Shown: positions 18,221 through 28,821, numbered from the stretch's first letter. The stretch: 63,334 nucleotides of DNA from Deltaproteobacteria bacterium (GCA_030667965.1 DAOUUW010000002.1:1-63334); one strand, 5' to 3'. A program made the numbers and translations. The notes: generated by a model not told the origin, from the sequence alone.

Positions 18221-20212
18221 TTATTTGACAGGTCCGGTACAGCCGACATCCTGCAGGCCACCGCCACCAAGATCACGCCGCATCGCCATGTCAAAGAGAA
18301 CCCTTTCACGCTTCTTGTCAATACCAAGAGCTGCTCTCTTCTTATCAATGTGGGCAATCATCTTTTGCGCCAGCTTGAGGGGATCTTCCTCAATGGCCCA
18401 GACTCCGCCATAAATCTCCTCCATTCCTTCCGTCATAAACTTGTTAAATTTTTTGGCACCCGTAACAGGAAGATTCTGGAAGATAACAAATACGCCGCTG
18501 GAGACAAAATACTGCCCGATTGCCACTGCTTTTTCACTCATCCAGGACGTTGCAGTACCAGCCAGAGGCAGGTCGGAAATATCATCACCAAGCCCGCCCT
18601 CCTTGACCATTGCCGTGGCGGCAATGAGAAGGCGACTGTTATCAACACAGGAACCGCAGTGAAGAACCGGAGGCATACCAACTGTCTCGCATACTTCGGC
18701 AAGCCCGGGGCCAGCCTCTTTAGCGGCTTCCGGTCGCAGAAGGCCAACACGCCCAAGCGCGGTTGCCGCACAACCAGTAGCAAGAACAAGTATATCGTTT
18801 TTAATCAGCTCCCTGGCAACGATCTCATGATGATTATCAGACATTTTAAAATTATCGCAGCCGACGATTGCGGCAACACCGCGAATTCTGCCGTTGATGA
18901 TATTATCGTTTAACGGGCGATAACTTCCGCGGAAACGGCCTCCAAGCATATAATTAATAGTTTCATGACTGAAACCGACAACCACATCAGATTTACTTTC
19001 CTGGGGAATATAAAAATCTCCGCGTTTCTTGTAATTGGAAATGGCCTTTTTCAGAATCTCCTTGGCACTGCCCAATGCGTCTTCTTCTTCAAACTGAATA
19101 TGAACGGCTCCCGTCATCTTGGCCCGGTAGTTGGTGGTGATAATATCAGTATGAAAGGACTTTGCAACTTCAGCTACAGACTGCATGATGCACTGTACAT
19201 CGACCACCATTGCCTCGATAGCACCGGTGGCAAGTGCCATTTCCTGCTGGATGAAACCAGCTGCAACGGGAATACCGCGACGCATGAGAATCTCATTTCC
19301 GGTACAGCAGACGCCGGCCAGGTTGATACCGGTTGCCCCTGCCTTTTTAGCCAGTGCAAGAATCTCTTCATCCTGGGCGGCAAGACAAAGCGATTCGGCC
19401 AGCAGCGGCTCATGTCCATGCACGGTCACATTCACCTGATCCGTCCGGAGAACACCGAGATCAACAATGGCGCGAATCGGCACGGGGGTTCCGAACATGA
19501 TATCGGTCAGCTCGGTTGAAAGCATGGAAGATCCCCAGCCATCACCAATTGCGCAGCGGGAGCCCTGCAGCATGATATTCTTGTACTCCTGATCCACCCC
19601 CATATGGGTACGATGCAAGACCTCTACAACTTCCCGGTCTATGCCACGGGGTTCAACACCAAGTCTTTCCCATAATTCCTGACGTTTTTTTGGAGCCCTC
19701 TTCAGCATGGTTACCGGTTTATCATCCTGCTTGCCGAAATCAGCCAATGCAAGTTCGCCGACCTCAAGGGCAATTTCATTTTTGTCCTTGCCTTTGGTAT
19801 CAACCTCAAAGACCTCAGCCAATTCCATCAGCTTATCCACATCTTTGATCTCATGGGGGGTCTCCCCTTTGGCGGTGGCAATAAACCCTTTTACCATCTC
19901 GCGGGCATGATCCGTGTGGGCTGCTGAACCGGCAGCGATGGTACGGGCATAGTTCCTTGCGGCGACAGTATCAGCAGTGGCTCCGCAGATACCGATCATC
20001 TCATCAACGCCATCGATAATCTGGCAGGGGCCCATATTACAATTACGGCAGCATGTGCCGGAAGAGCCGAAAAGACAGGCAGACATGCCACGCGACTTAA
20101 CCCGGTCATAAGCAGTAATGACATTCTTAGCCGAATCCTGGGAAAGGACCTCCTTGGTGGATGTACAGGTAATATCGTTGCAGCCTTCACAGCCGGTTCT
20201 TGAGATTGCCAT
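18221..20212 (-). CDS. cooS: anaerobic carbon-monoxide dehydrogenase catalytic subunit (C-cluster)
   Basis: A 663-aa ORF with N-terminal Cys motifs CLFGSSGTCCRNCNMGPC and the typical HGHEPLL and GCDN segments. It is adjacent to the ACS genes. Confidence 0.92.
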   Translation of the reverse strand: MAISRTGCEGCNDITCTSTKEVLSQDSAKNVITAYDRVKSRGMSACLFGSSGTCCRNCNMGPCQIIDGVDEMIGICGATADTVAARNYARTIAAGSAAHTDHAREMVKGFIATAKGETPHEIKDVDKLMELAEVFEVDTKGKDKNEIALEVGELALADFGKQDDKPVTMLKRAPKKRQELWERLGVEPRGIDREVVEVLHRTHMGVDQEYKNIMLQGSRCAIGDGWGSSMLSTELTDIMFGTPVPIRAIVDLGVLRTDQVNVTVHGHEPLLAESLCLAAQDEEILALAKKAGATGINLAGVCCTGNEILMRRGIPVAAGFIQQEMALATGAIEAMVVDVQCIMQSVAEVAKSFHTDIITTNYRAKMTGAVHIQFEEEDALGSAKEILKKAISNYKKRGDFYIPQESKSDVVVGFSHETINYMLGGRFRGSYRPLNDNIINGRIRGVAAIVGCDNFKMSDNHHEIVARELIKNDILVLATGCAATALGRVGLLRPEAAKEAGPGLAEVCETVGMPPVLHCGSCVDNSRLLIAATAMVKEGGLGDDISDLPLAGTATSWMSEKAVAIGQYFVSSGVFVIFQNLPVTGAKKFNKFMTEGMEEIYGGVWAIEEDPLKLAQKMIAHIDKKRAALGIDKKRERVLFDMAMRRDLGGGGLQDVGCTGPVK

Positions 20213-20231
20213 AATTTTTCTCCGTCAAATA

Positions 20232-21125
20232 TTATATCCAACCGGCAGCCTGCCTGGCAGCCTGCACGGTATTTTTCATTAACATGGTGATAGTCATGGG
20301 GCCAACGCCGCCCGGCACAGGCGTAATGGCTGCAGCTTTTTCCTTCACCGAATCAAAATCCACATCACCGACCAGAATAGCCTTACCACTTTCCGACATG
20401 CCGATACGATTAACACCGACGTCAATGATGACTACACCTTCTTTTACCATATCAGCCGTGATCATCTTTGGTACGCCTGCGGCGGCTATTATGATATCCG
20501 CCCGTCTTGTGTGAGACGCCATGTCTTTGGTGCGCGTATGACAGACGGTGACAGTGGCATTACCTGCTTCACGTTTCTGCAGCATGAGATTAACCATCGG
20601 CTTGCCGACAATGTTGCTGCGGCCGACAACAACGACTTCAGCACCGCTGGTTTCAATACCGGAACGGATCAAAAGCTCAAGCACGCCATGGGGTGTGCAG
20701 GGCAGAAAGCATTGTTCCCCAAGGACCATTTTACCAACATTGACAGGATGAAAACCGTCCACGTCCTTGACCGGATTAATGGCATAAAGCACCCTGCCCT
20801 CGTTAATATGTTTCGGCAGGGGAAGTTGAACCAGAATACCGTTACAGGCATCATCTTTATTATATTTGTCTATAAGGGCCAGCAGGTCGTCTTCACTTGT
20901 GTCGGCGGAAAGGGTAACCTGCTTGGAATTGATACCCAGAGCATGGGCTGTTTTATTTTTTGCGGTAACATATGACTGGGATGCCGGATCCTCACCAACC
21001 AGAATGGTTACCAGTCCGGGCACCACATTGTGTTTTTCCTTTAACTCGGCAATTTCTGCTTTAAGTTCTTCACGAATGGCTTTAGCGGTTTCGGTCCCGC
21101 TGATAATTTTTGCTGTCATTATCAC
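20232..21125 (-). CDS. folD: bifunctional methylene-THF dehydrogenase / methenyl-THF cyclohydrolase
   Basis: Motifs are PGLVTILVGEDPASQSYV, ILVQLPLP, VVVGRSNIVGKP and ITPVPGGVGPMT. Confidence 0.95.
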   Translation of the reverse strand: MIMTAKIISGTETAKAIREELKAEIAELKEKHNVVPGLVTILVGEDPASQSYVTAKNKTAHALGINSKQVTLSADTSEDDLLALIDKYNKDDACNGILVQLPLPKHINEGRVLYAINPVKDVDGFHPVNVGKMVLGEQCFLPCTPHGVLELLIRSGIETSGAEVVVVGRSNIVGKPMVNLMLQKREAGNATVTVCHTRTKDMASHTRRADIIIAAAGVPKMITADMVKEGVVIIDVGVNRIGMSESGKAILVGDVDFDSVKEKAAAITPVPGGVGPMTITMLMKNTVQAARQAAGWI

Positions 21126-21346
21126 TCCTTATCTGGAAAAGACGTAGATCAAGTTATATGAATTCGGAAATTGTAATGTATCGCTGAGATTTGCTGGGAA
21201 AAAAAATAAAAGAAATAGCAAAACTGAACTAGTTATTATAGTGAATTAGTTTTCATTTTGCAAGATTTTTTTGAATTAGCACCTGCCACCAGATAGAGGA
21301 AAAATATATGATTCCAACTAGTTAGGTAATAATACCTAGAGACCTT

Positions 21347-23563
21347 CTATCGACCTCTATTTTCAGCCAAGGTGACAATAATTTCATTGGCCTGCCCCAG
21401 GCGCGTTACAAGAGTTTGGAAAAAATGCTTCGCAACATTAGGATGTTTTTCAATAATCTCCATAATCTTGTCACCGGGAAAACGCTTAATGGTCGATCGG
21501 CCCTTGGAAAGAATGGAAGCGGACCTGGGCTCCCCGGATATGGCCGACATCTCACCGAAATACTCGTACGGCTCGGTAATTTCAGCTATTTTCTTACCGT
21601 CTTTAACCACCATCACCCCACCCTGAATCAACTGAAAAAAATCAATATCCTTGTTGCCCTGACGGATGATGACATCGCCGTCTTCATATTTTTTCACATC
21701 AGGATTAACAAGGTAGGCAGGGAGGCTTTCCTCGGTAACAACCGTTCTCCTGAAAACTTCCTCAAGGCTGGTTACTCCCTGAATGGCCTTTCGAATAGCG
21801 GCATTGCGCAGGGGAACCATCCCCTCCTGGATCGCCACCTTACGCAGCTGATCTTCGGGCACTTCGGCACTGATAGCTTTTGCCACCTCATCGGTCACTT
21901 CCATCAATTCAAAAAAGCCAAGCCTGCCCTTATAGCCGCCACCGCGGCATACAAGACACCCCTTCGGGCCATAGAGCTTGAGGCCTTCAATCTGGGCCTC
22001 ACTAAAGCCGTAACTGAGCAAATCCTGTGCCCCGGGGACAGGAACCTCCATCTTGCATTCGGGGCATAACCTCCTCCCGAGTCTTTGTGATTGAATCATT
22101 GTCACCGCCGAGGCCAGCATAAATGACGGAATGCCGATGTCAATAAGACGGCCGATGGTGGCCGGACAGTCATTGGTATGCAGGGTGGAAAAAACCAGAT
22201 GACCGGTCATGGCGGCCTTGATGGCAATTTCCGCTGTTTCCATGTCACGAATCTCACCAACCATGATGATATCAGGATCCTGACGCAAAAAGGCCTTCAG
22301 GGCGGCGGCAAAGGTCATGCCCACCTCCTGGTGCACATTAACCTGGTTGATCCCCTTGAAGTTGAACTCAACAGGGTCTTCAGCAGTTAATATCTTTGTG
22401 TCCTCCTTGTTGAGCGAATTAAGCGCTGAATAAAGGGTTACCGTTTTACCGCTGCCGGTGGGACCGGTGACCAGCACAAGCCCCTGGGGCATATCCAGAC
22501 TTCGCTGCAGGGCCGCATATGTTTCAGGCTCAAAACCGAGCTTGGTCAAATCAACATTAAGGGAGGCCTTATCGAGAATACGCAGAACAATACTTTCACC
22601 AAACAGGGTGGGCAGGCTTGAAACACGGAAATCAACAACCTTGTTTCTGCCGATACGCATCTTTATCCTGCCGTCCTGGGGTACGCGCCTTTCTGTGATA
22701 TCAAGACTTGCCAGAATTTTGATCCTGGAGTTCAGAGCATTTTTGATGCTCAAAGGCAGGTTCATCGATTTATAAAGAGAACCATCAAGACGGTAGCGTA
22801 CCTGCAGAGTCTTTTCATAAGGTTCTATATGGATATCACTGACACCATCCCTCACTGCCTTTATAAGGATACCATTAACCAGTTTGATGATCGGCGCATC
22901 CGAGGCGGAAAACTGCTCCGGTCCATCGAAGTCATCATCCTCGATGGCCATATCTTCAGCAGCCTCGGAAGCAAGGGAGCCGAAATCGTCAATACTGGTG
23001 ACCTCTTCTTCTTCTTCCTCAATATCCTCGTCGACGCCAATAAGCTCGAGGTAATCCTCTTCGCTTATTGTATAATATTTCTTATAGGCCTCATGAATAT
23101 CCCGCTCCGTGGAAACACAGACGGACAAAACCCTTTTGACTTCACTCTGCAACTCTTCAACCGCACTGGTATCAGTGGGTTCAGCCATGGTTATCTGTAG
23201 GGTATTGCCAGTCATGCGCAAAGGGAGCGCACAATATTTTTTTACAATTTCAAAGGGAATAATCTTGAAAACTTCAGGATTGGGCGGTTCTTTTTTAATG
23301 TCAACCGAAGGGAAATTATGGATACGGCTGAGCACATTGAGAATAGTGGACTCTTCAATGAACCCAAGCTTGATAAGGATACTGCCCAGACGCTGGCCTG
23401 ATTTTTTCTGAATGGCCAATGCCTCGTCAAGCTGCCTGGTCAGGATATGCCCTTCCTTCCTGAGAACCTCGCCGATCTTGAGCTTACCCGCTCCGGACTG
23501 GTCTTTAACGGTTGACCTGAGGGCGGATTTTTTATTCTGCATTTTTTGCGCTGGAAAAGCCAT
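21347..23563 (-). CDS. GspE/PilB-family secretion ATPase with N-terminal MshEN-like domain and C-terminal cyclic-nucleotide-binding domain
   Basis: Walker A is VLVTGPTGSGKT, with the GspE core and a tetracysteine motif (CPECK...CLVC). The N-terminus has two RLGxxLLxxGxIxxxxLxxxLxxQ-like repeats (KIGEVLRKEGHILTRQLDEALAIQ, RLGSILIKLGFIEESTILNVLSRI). The C-terminal ~115 aa carry FGEMSAISGEPRSASI, a cNMP phosphate-binding cassette. Confidence 0.85.
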   Translation of the reverse strand: MAFPAQKMQNKKSALRSTVKDQSGAGKLKIGEVLRKEGHILTRQLDEALAIQKKSGQRLGSILIKLGFIEESTILNVLSRIHNFPSVDIKKEPPNPEVFKIIPFEIVKKYCALPLRMTGNTLQITMAEPTDTSAVEELQSEVKRVLSVCVSTERDIHEAYKKYYTISEEDYLELIGVDEDIEEEEEEVTSIDDFGSLASEAAEDMAIEDDDFDGPEQFSASDAPIIKLVNGILIKAVRDGVSDIHIEPYEKTLQVRYRLDGSLYKSMNLPLSIKNALNSRIKILASLDITERRVPQDGRIKMRIGRNKVVDFRVSSLPTLFGESIVLRILDKASLNVDLTKLGFEPETYAALQRSLDMPQGLVLVTGPTGSGKTVTLYSALNSLNKEDTKILTAEDPVEFNFKGINQVNVHQEVGMTFAAALKAFLRQDPDIIMVGEIRDMETAEIAIKAAMTGHLVFSTLHTNDCPATIGRLIDIGIPSFMLASAVTMIQSQRLGRRLCPECKMEVPVPGAQDLLSYGFSEAQIEGLKLYGPKGCLVCRGGGYKGRLGFFELMEVTDEVAKAISAEVPEDQLRKVAIQEGMVPLRNAAIRKAIQGVTSLEEVFRRTVVTEESLPAYLVNPDVKKYEDGDVIIRQGNKDIDFFQLIQGGVMVVKDGKKIAEITEPYEYFGEMSAISGEPRSASILSKGRSTIKRFPGDKIMEIIEKHPNVAKHFFQTLVTRLGQANEIIVTLAENRGR

Positions 23564-23606
23564 ATGGTAAGTGTCTAAAGGTTATAAGTAGAAAAGATAG
23601 TCTATT

Positions 23607-23646
23607 CAGGTTCAAGGTAAAAGGTTGAAGGTTGAAGGTTGAAGCC
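23607..23646. repeat. GGTTGAA heptamer tandem array, locus 1
   Basis: Sequence is CAGGTTCAAGGTAAAAGGTTGAAGGTTGAAGGTTGAAGCC. A closely related array lies at 56670-56710. Confidence 0.7.
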
Positions 23647-23703
23647 TATTCACCTGAGCAGTTCCAAAAAACATATCATATCAAATTTGGCCTCACAACA
23701 AAA

Positions 23704-23745
23704 TAAAAAAAGGGCGGCAGCGAGAATGCACTCCGCCGTCACCCT
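23704..23745 (-). terminator. putative Rho-independent terminator downstream of fhs
   Basis: The minus strand reads GGCGG-AGTGCATTCTCGCTG-CCGCC followed by a T7 run, 35-75 nt after the fhs stop. Confidence 0.5.
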
Positions 23746-23779
23746 TTAATTTAAGGACCACTTCAAAAAAACCATATGA

Positions 23780-25543
23780 CTAGAAGACGCCTTTCACCTT
23801 ACCGGTTTCAACATCAACGTCTATGCGGCGATAGGCGGGATCGGATGCTGTACCCGGCATGAGGCTGATGGCACCAGCAACCGGGACAACAAAACCTGCA
23901 CCTTTGTAGGTGAGGATATCACTTATAGGTAAAGTCCAACCTTTAGGCACACCTTTCAATTTAGGATCATGGGACAGAGAAAGATGTGTTTTAACCATAC
24001 AGGTTGAAAGCTCATTGATCTCAGGATCAGCCTTAAGACGATCAAGTTTTTGCTTTGCTTCCAGAGTATAACTAACGCCGTCCGCACCATAAACTTCCTT
24101 GGCAATAAGCTCAATACGATCATCAAGCGGAGTATCAAGCTCATAGAGAAATTTAAAGTCATTATCTTCCTCACAGGCATCAACAACGGCATCAGCAAAC
24201 TCAAGAGCACCCTCTCCACCATGCTCCCAATGACGAGAAAGAGCAACACGAGCACCAGCAGATTCACCAAGACGACGAACTGCGGCGATCTCCGCATCGG
24301 TATCAGTGTAGAATGCGTTAATACAAACAACAGGATTAATACCCGCCTTCTTAACGGTCTCAATGTGGTGAATAAGGTTTTTACACCCTTCTTCAACCCA
24401 GCCCACATTCTCGCCGTTATACTCATCCGGCATTGGCTTACCAGGTACTGGAATTGGAGCCCCACCGTGGCATTTTAATGCGCGGATAGTGGCAACTACC
24501 ACTGCACAGTTAGGCTTGAGTTTACTGTAGCGACATTTGAGGTTCCAAAACTTCTCAAAACCAATATCAGCACCAAAACCACTCTCTGTAACGTTGTAGT
24601 CAGCAATTTTAAGACCAACACGGTCAGCAATAACGGAAGACTGACCAATGGCGATGTTGGCAAAAGGTCCGGCATGAACAAGAACCGGCTGACCTTCAAT
24701 AGTTTGCATAAGGTTTGGGTTAAGGGCCTCAACCATCCAGGCAGTCATGGCACCATCAACTTCAAGATCAGCAGTTGTTATTGGTCGATCCTGCTTGTCA
24801 TAAGCAACAACGATTTTCCCAATACGCTCACGCATATCTTTAAGATCAGAGGCAATGGAAAGGATAGCCATGATCTCGGAACTTACCGCAATGGCAAATT
24901 TGGACTGCATGGTGAAACCGTCCATTTTACCGCCGATACCGATAGTAATATTTCTCAGGGCCTGGGCGCAGAAATCGATAATCCAACCGAATTCCACTTT
25001 TTTAGGATGAATATCAAGACGCTTGAGATTCCTTTGGGCCAGCTGCGCATCTGTATAATTTGCCTCATGCTGCATACGCGAGGTCAACGCAACCATACCG
25101 AGGTTATGGGCATTCATGATGGCGTTGATGTCGCCGGTCAGACCCAGAGAGAAAGGAGTAAGCGGAATACACTGGGCAAGTCCACCGCCTGCGGCGCTTC
25201 CCTTGATATTCATGGTGGGGCCGCCGGAAGGCTGACGTATGGCGCCGACCACGCTTTTATTCCTCTTACCGAGACCCTGGACAAGACCCATGGCGCAGGT
25301 GCTTTTCCCTTCTCCCAGCGGTGTAGGAGTAATGGCTGTAACATCAACATACTTGCCGTCAGGCCTGTCTTTCAGACGATTGAGGATTTTACGGTAATCG
25401 AGCTTGGCAACATAATGACCATGGGGAAGCAATTCTTCCTTTTCAAGGCCAAGCTTCTCACCCAGCTCGTACACCGTTTTCATGTTTTTTTCCGCATCTT
25501 CAGCGATTTCCCAATCAGCGTGCTTGGTTGGATCAAGAACCAT
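23780..25543 (-). CDS. fhs: formate--tetrahydrofolate ligase
   Basis: The [11 protein letters not shown]-loop and full-length (587 aa) collinear FTHFS-like sequence. Confidence 0.95.
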   Translation of the reverse strand: MVLDPTKHADWEIAEDAEKNMKTVYELGEKLGLEKEELLPHGHYVAKLDYRKILNRLKDRPDGKYVDVTAITPTPLGEGKSTCAMGLVQGLGKRNKSVVGAIRQPSGGPTMNIKGSAAGGGLAQCIPLTPFSLGLTGDINAIMNAHNLGMVALTSRMQHEANYTDAQLAQRNLKRLDIHPKKVEFGWIIDFCAQALRNITIGIGGKMDGFTMQSKFAIAVSSEIMAILSIASDLKDMRERIGKIVVAYDKQDRPITTADLEVDGAMTAWMVEALNPNLMQTIEGQPVLVHAGPFANIAIGQSSVIADRVGLKIADYNVTESGFGADIGFEKFWNLKCRYSKLKPNCAVVVATIRALKCHGGAPIPVPGKPMPDEYNGENVGWVEEGCKNLIHHIETVKKAGINPVVCINAFYTDTDAEIAAVRRLGESAGARVALSRHWEHGGEGALEFADAVVDACEEDNDFKFLYELDTPLDDRIELIAKEVYGADGVSYTLEAKQKLDRLKADPEINELSTCMVKTHLSLSHDPKLKGVPKGWTLPISDILTYKGAGFVVPVAGAISLMPGTASDPAYRRIDVDVETGKVKGVF

Positions 25544-25692
25544 AGCTTTTCTCCTTCTAAAATTTGTTAACTATTTAATAGTTCGATATAAATGACAATG
25601 AAAACCAGGGGATTACTTCTGTGAAGTGAAGCTTTTGAAAAATTTCAATTCAGATACTACATATTCAAAATGAAGACAATCCGAAAAAATAC

Positions 25693-26646
25693 CTAGTTTT
25701 CAACATTCAAATCAGCAAAAACCGTCGGGAAGAGCTGTTTGAAATCATCGAGAAGCGGTATCATCACTTCCCGCATGGATGGATCCGCCCCTTTTGAGGT
25801 GCGCAGCTTAAACATATGCGCCCACTGAAGAAGATTTGCATAGACAATAAGCTCGGTCTTGCAGGAATTTGGCAGCACGGTGCGGGCAGCCTGGGCCGTG
25901 GAAGTATCGAGCAGTTTGATATAAAGCCTCTCCGTTTCCTCCATTGCCGCCTGCCAGATGGCATATTCCTCGCTTCCCTCTTCGTAAAACAAGGGCTTTA
26001 TAAAGGTAACCTGATTGCCGAATTTACTATCACCGTAGCGGCAATACCTCTGGCTCTCCTGCAGAAAGCCGCAGGGACGATGCCGCACCATCTCATGGGT
26101 AACGGCCCGGTTCACGACAAACTTAACGGCTATATAACGATGCTTGGCAAGCAGATCACTGGAAAACTGCTCCACTTCATCCAATGGAACTTTCTCGACA
26201 AAAACGCCGCCCTGCGGAACAAGGCCACGCTTGGGAAGTATATCTTCAAAAAACAACGGATGCTGCTCAGCAAGAAAGTGGGTAATGCTCTTGACAATTT
26301 TCAATTTGCCGTGTCCCTGGAAAAGCTCGCGAAAAGCGCGGACTGAACCGCTGATAAGAAGCGTTTTCTTCTCAATCCTGTCAATCTGCAGATATTTGGG
26401 AAGAACAGCAAAAAGCTGGACAGCATAAGACTCCGTATCAAACTCAACTTTCAACGTCAACACTGCCATTTCAGCAACAGAGTTATGACCGTGCTTTAAT
26501 ATTCTGCGAATAAAGGGTGGGGCCGAATCGACATTGATCTTATCTTCACTTTTATAACAGAGACGACCGCATACTTCGATACGAACAGCAAGACTCTGCT
26601 TGTCAAGATCAGTCAAAATTTCGTAGGAAGGAGAAATAATTTTCAT
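25693..26646 (-). CDS. thyX: FAD-dependent thymidylate synthase
   Basis: A ThyX motif variant VRHRPCGFLQESQRY (RHRxxxxxxxSxRY). At 317 aa it is longer than the minimal ThyX. Confidence 0.8.
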   Translation of the reverse strand: MKIISPSYEILTDLDKQSLAVRIEVCGRLCYKSEDKINVDSAPPFIRRILKHGHNSVAEMAVLTLKVEFDTESYAVQLFAVLPKYLQIDRIEKKTLLISGSVRAFRELFQGHGKLKIVKSITHFLAEQHPLFFEDILPKRGLVPQGGVFVEKVPLDEVEQFSSDLLAKHRYIAVKFVVNRAVTHEMVRHRPCGFLQESQRYCRYGDSKFGNQVTFIKPLFYEEGSEEYAIWQAAMEETERLYIKLLDTSTAQAARTVLPNSCKTELIVYANLLQWAHMFKLRTSKGADPSMREVMIPLLDDFKQLFPTVFADLNVEN

Positions 26647-26736
26647 AGCTGCGTAACCCGGTCACTGACACTGTTAATTTTTAGCCACGAAACCCACTAA
26701 ATTACACTAAATTTTTCGTGTTTTTTCGTGGATCTC

Positions 26737-26784
26737 GATGTCTCGCATACTCGCTTATCGGATGTCTCGCATACTCGCTTATCG
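26737..26784. repeat. perfect 2 x 24-bp tandem duplication
   Basis: GATGTCTCGCATACTCGCTTATCG occurs at 26737-26760 and again at 26761-26784, in the nifS-thyX intergenic region. Confidence 0.9.
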
Positions 26785-26800
26785 GTGGCCAATTAAATCT

Positions 26801-27982
26801 TTACCTGTTTTTCCAAAAAGGCGACATCTCGCGCAAATTGGCGATAATCCCCGGCATTTTATCTAAAACAAAATCAACCTCATCTTCATTGTTATAAACG
26901 CTGAGGCTGAAGCGAATTGAACCGTGGGCTGCGGTAAAAGGCACCCCCATAGCCCGCAGGACATGGGAGGGTTCAAGAGAACCGGAGGTACATGCCGATC
27001 CGGAAGAGGCGCAGATACCGAAACGGTCCATATGCAGAAGAATGGCCTCCCCCTCCACATACTCAAAGCTGATATTGGAGGTATTAGGCAGCCGCATTGT
27101 CTTATGCCCATTCAAAAGGGCACTTGGAATACGTTCCATCAAGCCCTCTTCAAGTTTATCACGCAAGGCTCTGACCGTTGTATTTTCTTTGGTAATATGA
27201 TCGGCCGCCAATTCACATGCCTTGCCAAGGCCGATAATGGAGGAGACGTTTTCCGTGCCGCCCCTGCGGCCGTGCTCCTGGTGTCCGCCAATAACAAAGG
27301 GTACAAAAGGCGTTCTTTTGCGTACATAGAGAACCCCCACACCCTTAGGCGCATGCAGCTTGTGGCCGGAAAGAGAAAGAAAATCCACCGGTACTTTAGA
27401 CAGATCAATAGGAATTTTGCCCACTGCCTGCACCGCATCGGTATGAAACAGAACCCCGCGGTCTTTGGCAATCTGCACCATTTCTTCAATGGGGAAAATA
27501 ACTCCTGTTTCGTTATTGGCCCACATGACGCTGACAATGGCGGTCTCAACTCCAAGGCTGTCTTCAAATCTTTGCAAGTCAATGGTTCCATCGCTTGCAA
27601 CCGGCAGCTGGGTGACCCGGTGTTTGTGGCCGGTGAGGGAATCAAGGCTTTCGCAGAGATTTTTCACGGCCGGATGCTCGACCCTGGTGGTAACAATATG
27701 CCGTTTATCCGACTGGGTCTGCAGGGCGGAAAGAATGGCAGTGGAATCACTCTCTGTACCGCAACTGGTGAAAATAATTTCTGAAGGATCAGCATTCAAT
27801 AGACCGGCAACCTGTGCCCTGGCATTTTCAACCACTTTGCCCACCTGACCGCCAAAGACATGCATGCTGGAAGGATTGCCGTATAAATCCGAGAAATAAG
27901 GCATCATGGTTTCCAACACTTCAGGGGCAACCCTGGTGGTTGCGTTGTTATCCATGTAAATTACGTTAGCCGCTGCGCTCAT
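26801..27982 (-). CDS. nifS: cysteine desulfurase NifS
   Basis: PLP-lysine context SLSGHKLHAPKG, active-site loop SSGSACTSG, 393 aa. It overlaps the nifU stop (ATGA). Confidence 0.92.
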   Translation of the reverse strand: MSAAANVIYMDNNATTRVAPEVLETMMPYFSDLYGNPSSMHVFGGQVGKVVENARAQVAGLLNADPSEIIFTSCGTESDSTAILSALQTQSDKRHIVTTRVEHPAVKNLCESLDSLTGHKHRVTQLPVASDGTIDLQRFEDSLGVETAIVSVMWANNETGVIFPIEEMVQIAKDRGVLFHTDAVQAVGKIPIDLSKVPVDFLSLSGHKLHAPKGVGVLYVRKRTPFVPFVIGGHQEHGRRGGTENVSSIIGLGKACELAADHITKENTTVRALRDKLEEGLMERIPSALLNGHKTMRLPNTSNISFEYVEGEAILLHMDRFGICASSGSACTSGSLEPSHVLRAMGVPFTAAHGSIRFSLSVYNNEDEVDFVLDKMPGIIANLREMSPFWKNR

Positions 27983-28821
27983 ATCTTGCTCTCCTCAACT
28001 ATCAGAGTTTCAAGTACCTGTTCCCTCAATTTTTTCTCCACATATTCTTTTAAAGTGGTTTGAGATTTTGCACAGCTGACACAGGCGCCCCGGAGAGATA
28101 CAATGACAAAATCGCCATCCACGTCAATGAGTTCTATATCTCCGCCGTCTTTTTTCAACGTCGGACGCACCTCCCGCTCAAAAACCTCCTCGATTTTCTT
28201 GATTTTCTGAATATTGGTCATGCGTTTGGGTCCGCTCATGGGAATGAGGATGGGACGTGCGGTATGTCTCACCTCATCAAGAAGATCCTGGATACGCTCT
28301 TCACATTTTCCGCAGCCGCCGCCGGCCTTGGTAAAATTCGTCACCTCTTCCACAGTGCGCAGATCGCTTTCTTCAACAGCACGCTTAATCTCCAGATCGG
28401 TTACGCCAAAACATTCACATACCACCTCGCCTTCCGCCATGGGAAGAGCAACCCCACGGAAATTAGCTATGGCCGCTTCCAGCGCCTCTCTGCCCATGAC
28501 AGAGCAGTGCATTTTCTCTTTGGGAAGTTCCACCAGGAAATCGGCAATATCTTCATTGGTGATCTTTTCCGCTTCTACCAGGCTCATCCCTTTGATTATC
28601 TCGGTCAAGGCCGATGACGAGGCAATGGCGCTGGCACAGCCGAAGGTCTGAAACTTGGCATCAACGATGATCTCCTTGGCGTCATCAAGCTTCAGGAAAA
28701 GTTTCAAGGCGTCACCGCAGGCCAGGGAGCCAACATCCCCTATCCCGTCGGCATCCTCTATTTCCCCGACATTTCTAGGGTTTAAAAAATGTTCTTTTAC
28801 TTTATCGGTATATTCCCACAT
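27979..28821 (-). CDS. nifU: Fe-S cluster assembly scaffold NifU (IscU-like N-domain, central 2Fe-2S, C-terminal Nfu domain)
   Basis: Motifs are GSLACGDALKLFL..FGCASAIASSS, central CECFGV...GGGCGKC, and C-terminal LRGACVSCAKS. Confidence 0.92.
   Translation of the reverse strand: MWEYTDKVKEHFLNPRNVGEIEDADGIGDVGSLACGDALKLFLKLDDAKEIIVDAKFQTFGCASAIASSSALTEIIKGMSLVEAEKITNEDIADFLVELPKEKMHCSVMGREALEAAIANFRGVALPMAEGEVVCECFGVTDLEIKRAVEESDLRTVEEVTNFTKAGGGCGKCEERIQDLLDEVRHTARPILIPMSGPKRMTNIQKIKKIEEVFEREVRPTLKKDGGDIELIDVDGDFVIVSLRGACVSCAKSQTTLKEYVEKKLREQVLETLIVEESKI

Noticed and set aside
25544-25692. A ZTP or THF riboswitch might be expected upstream of fhs, and likewise upstream of folD at 21126-21346.
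   Set aside because: I read both leaders on the coding (minus) strand. Neither shows the conserved GGGTCGTG...CCGCCTGGGCA-type ZTP elements or a THF-riboswitch-like core. They are AT-rich with only an RBS.
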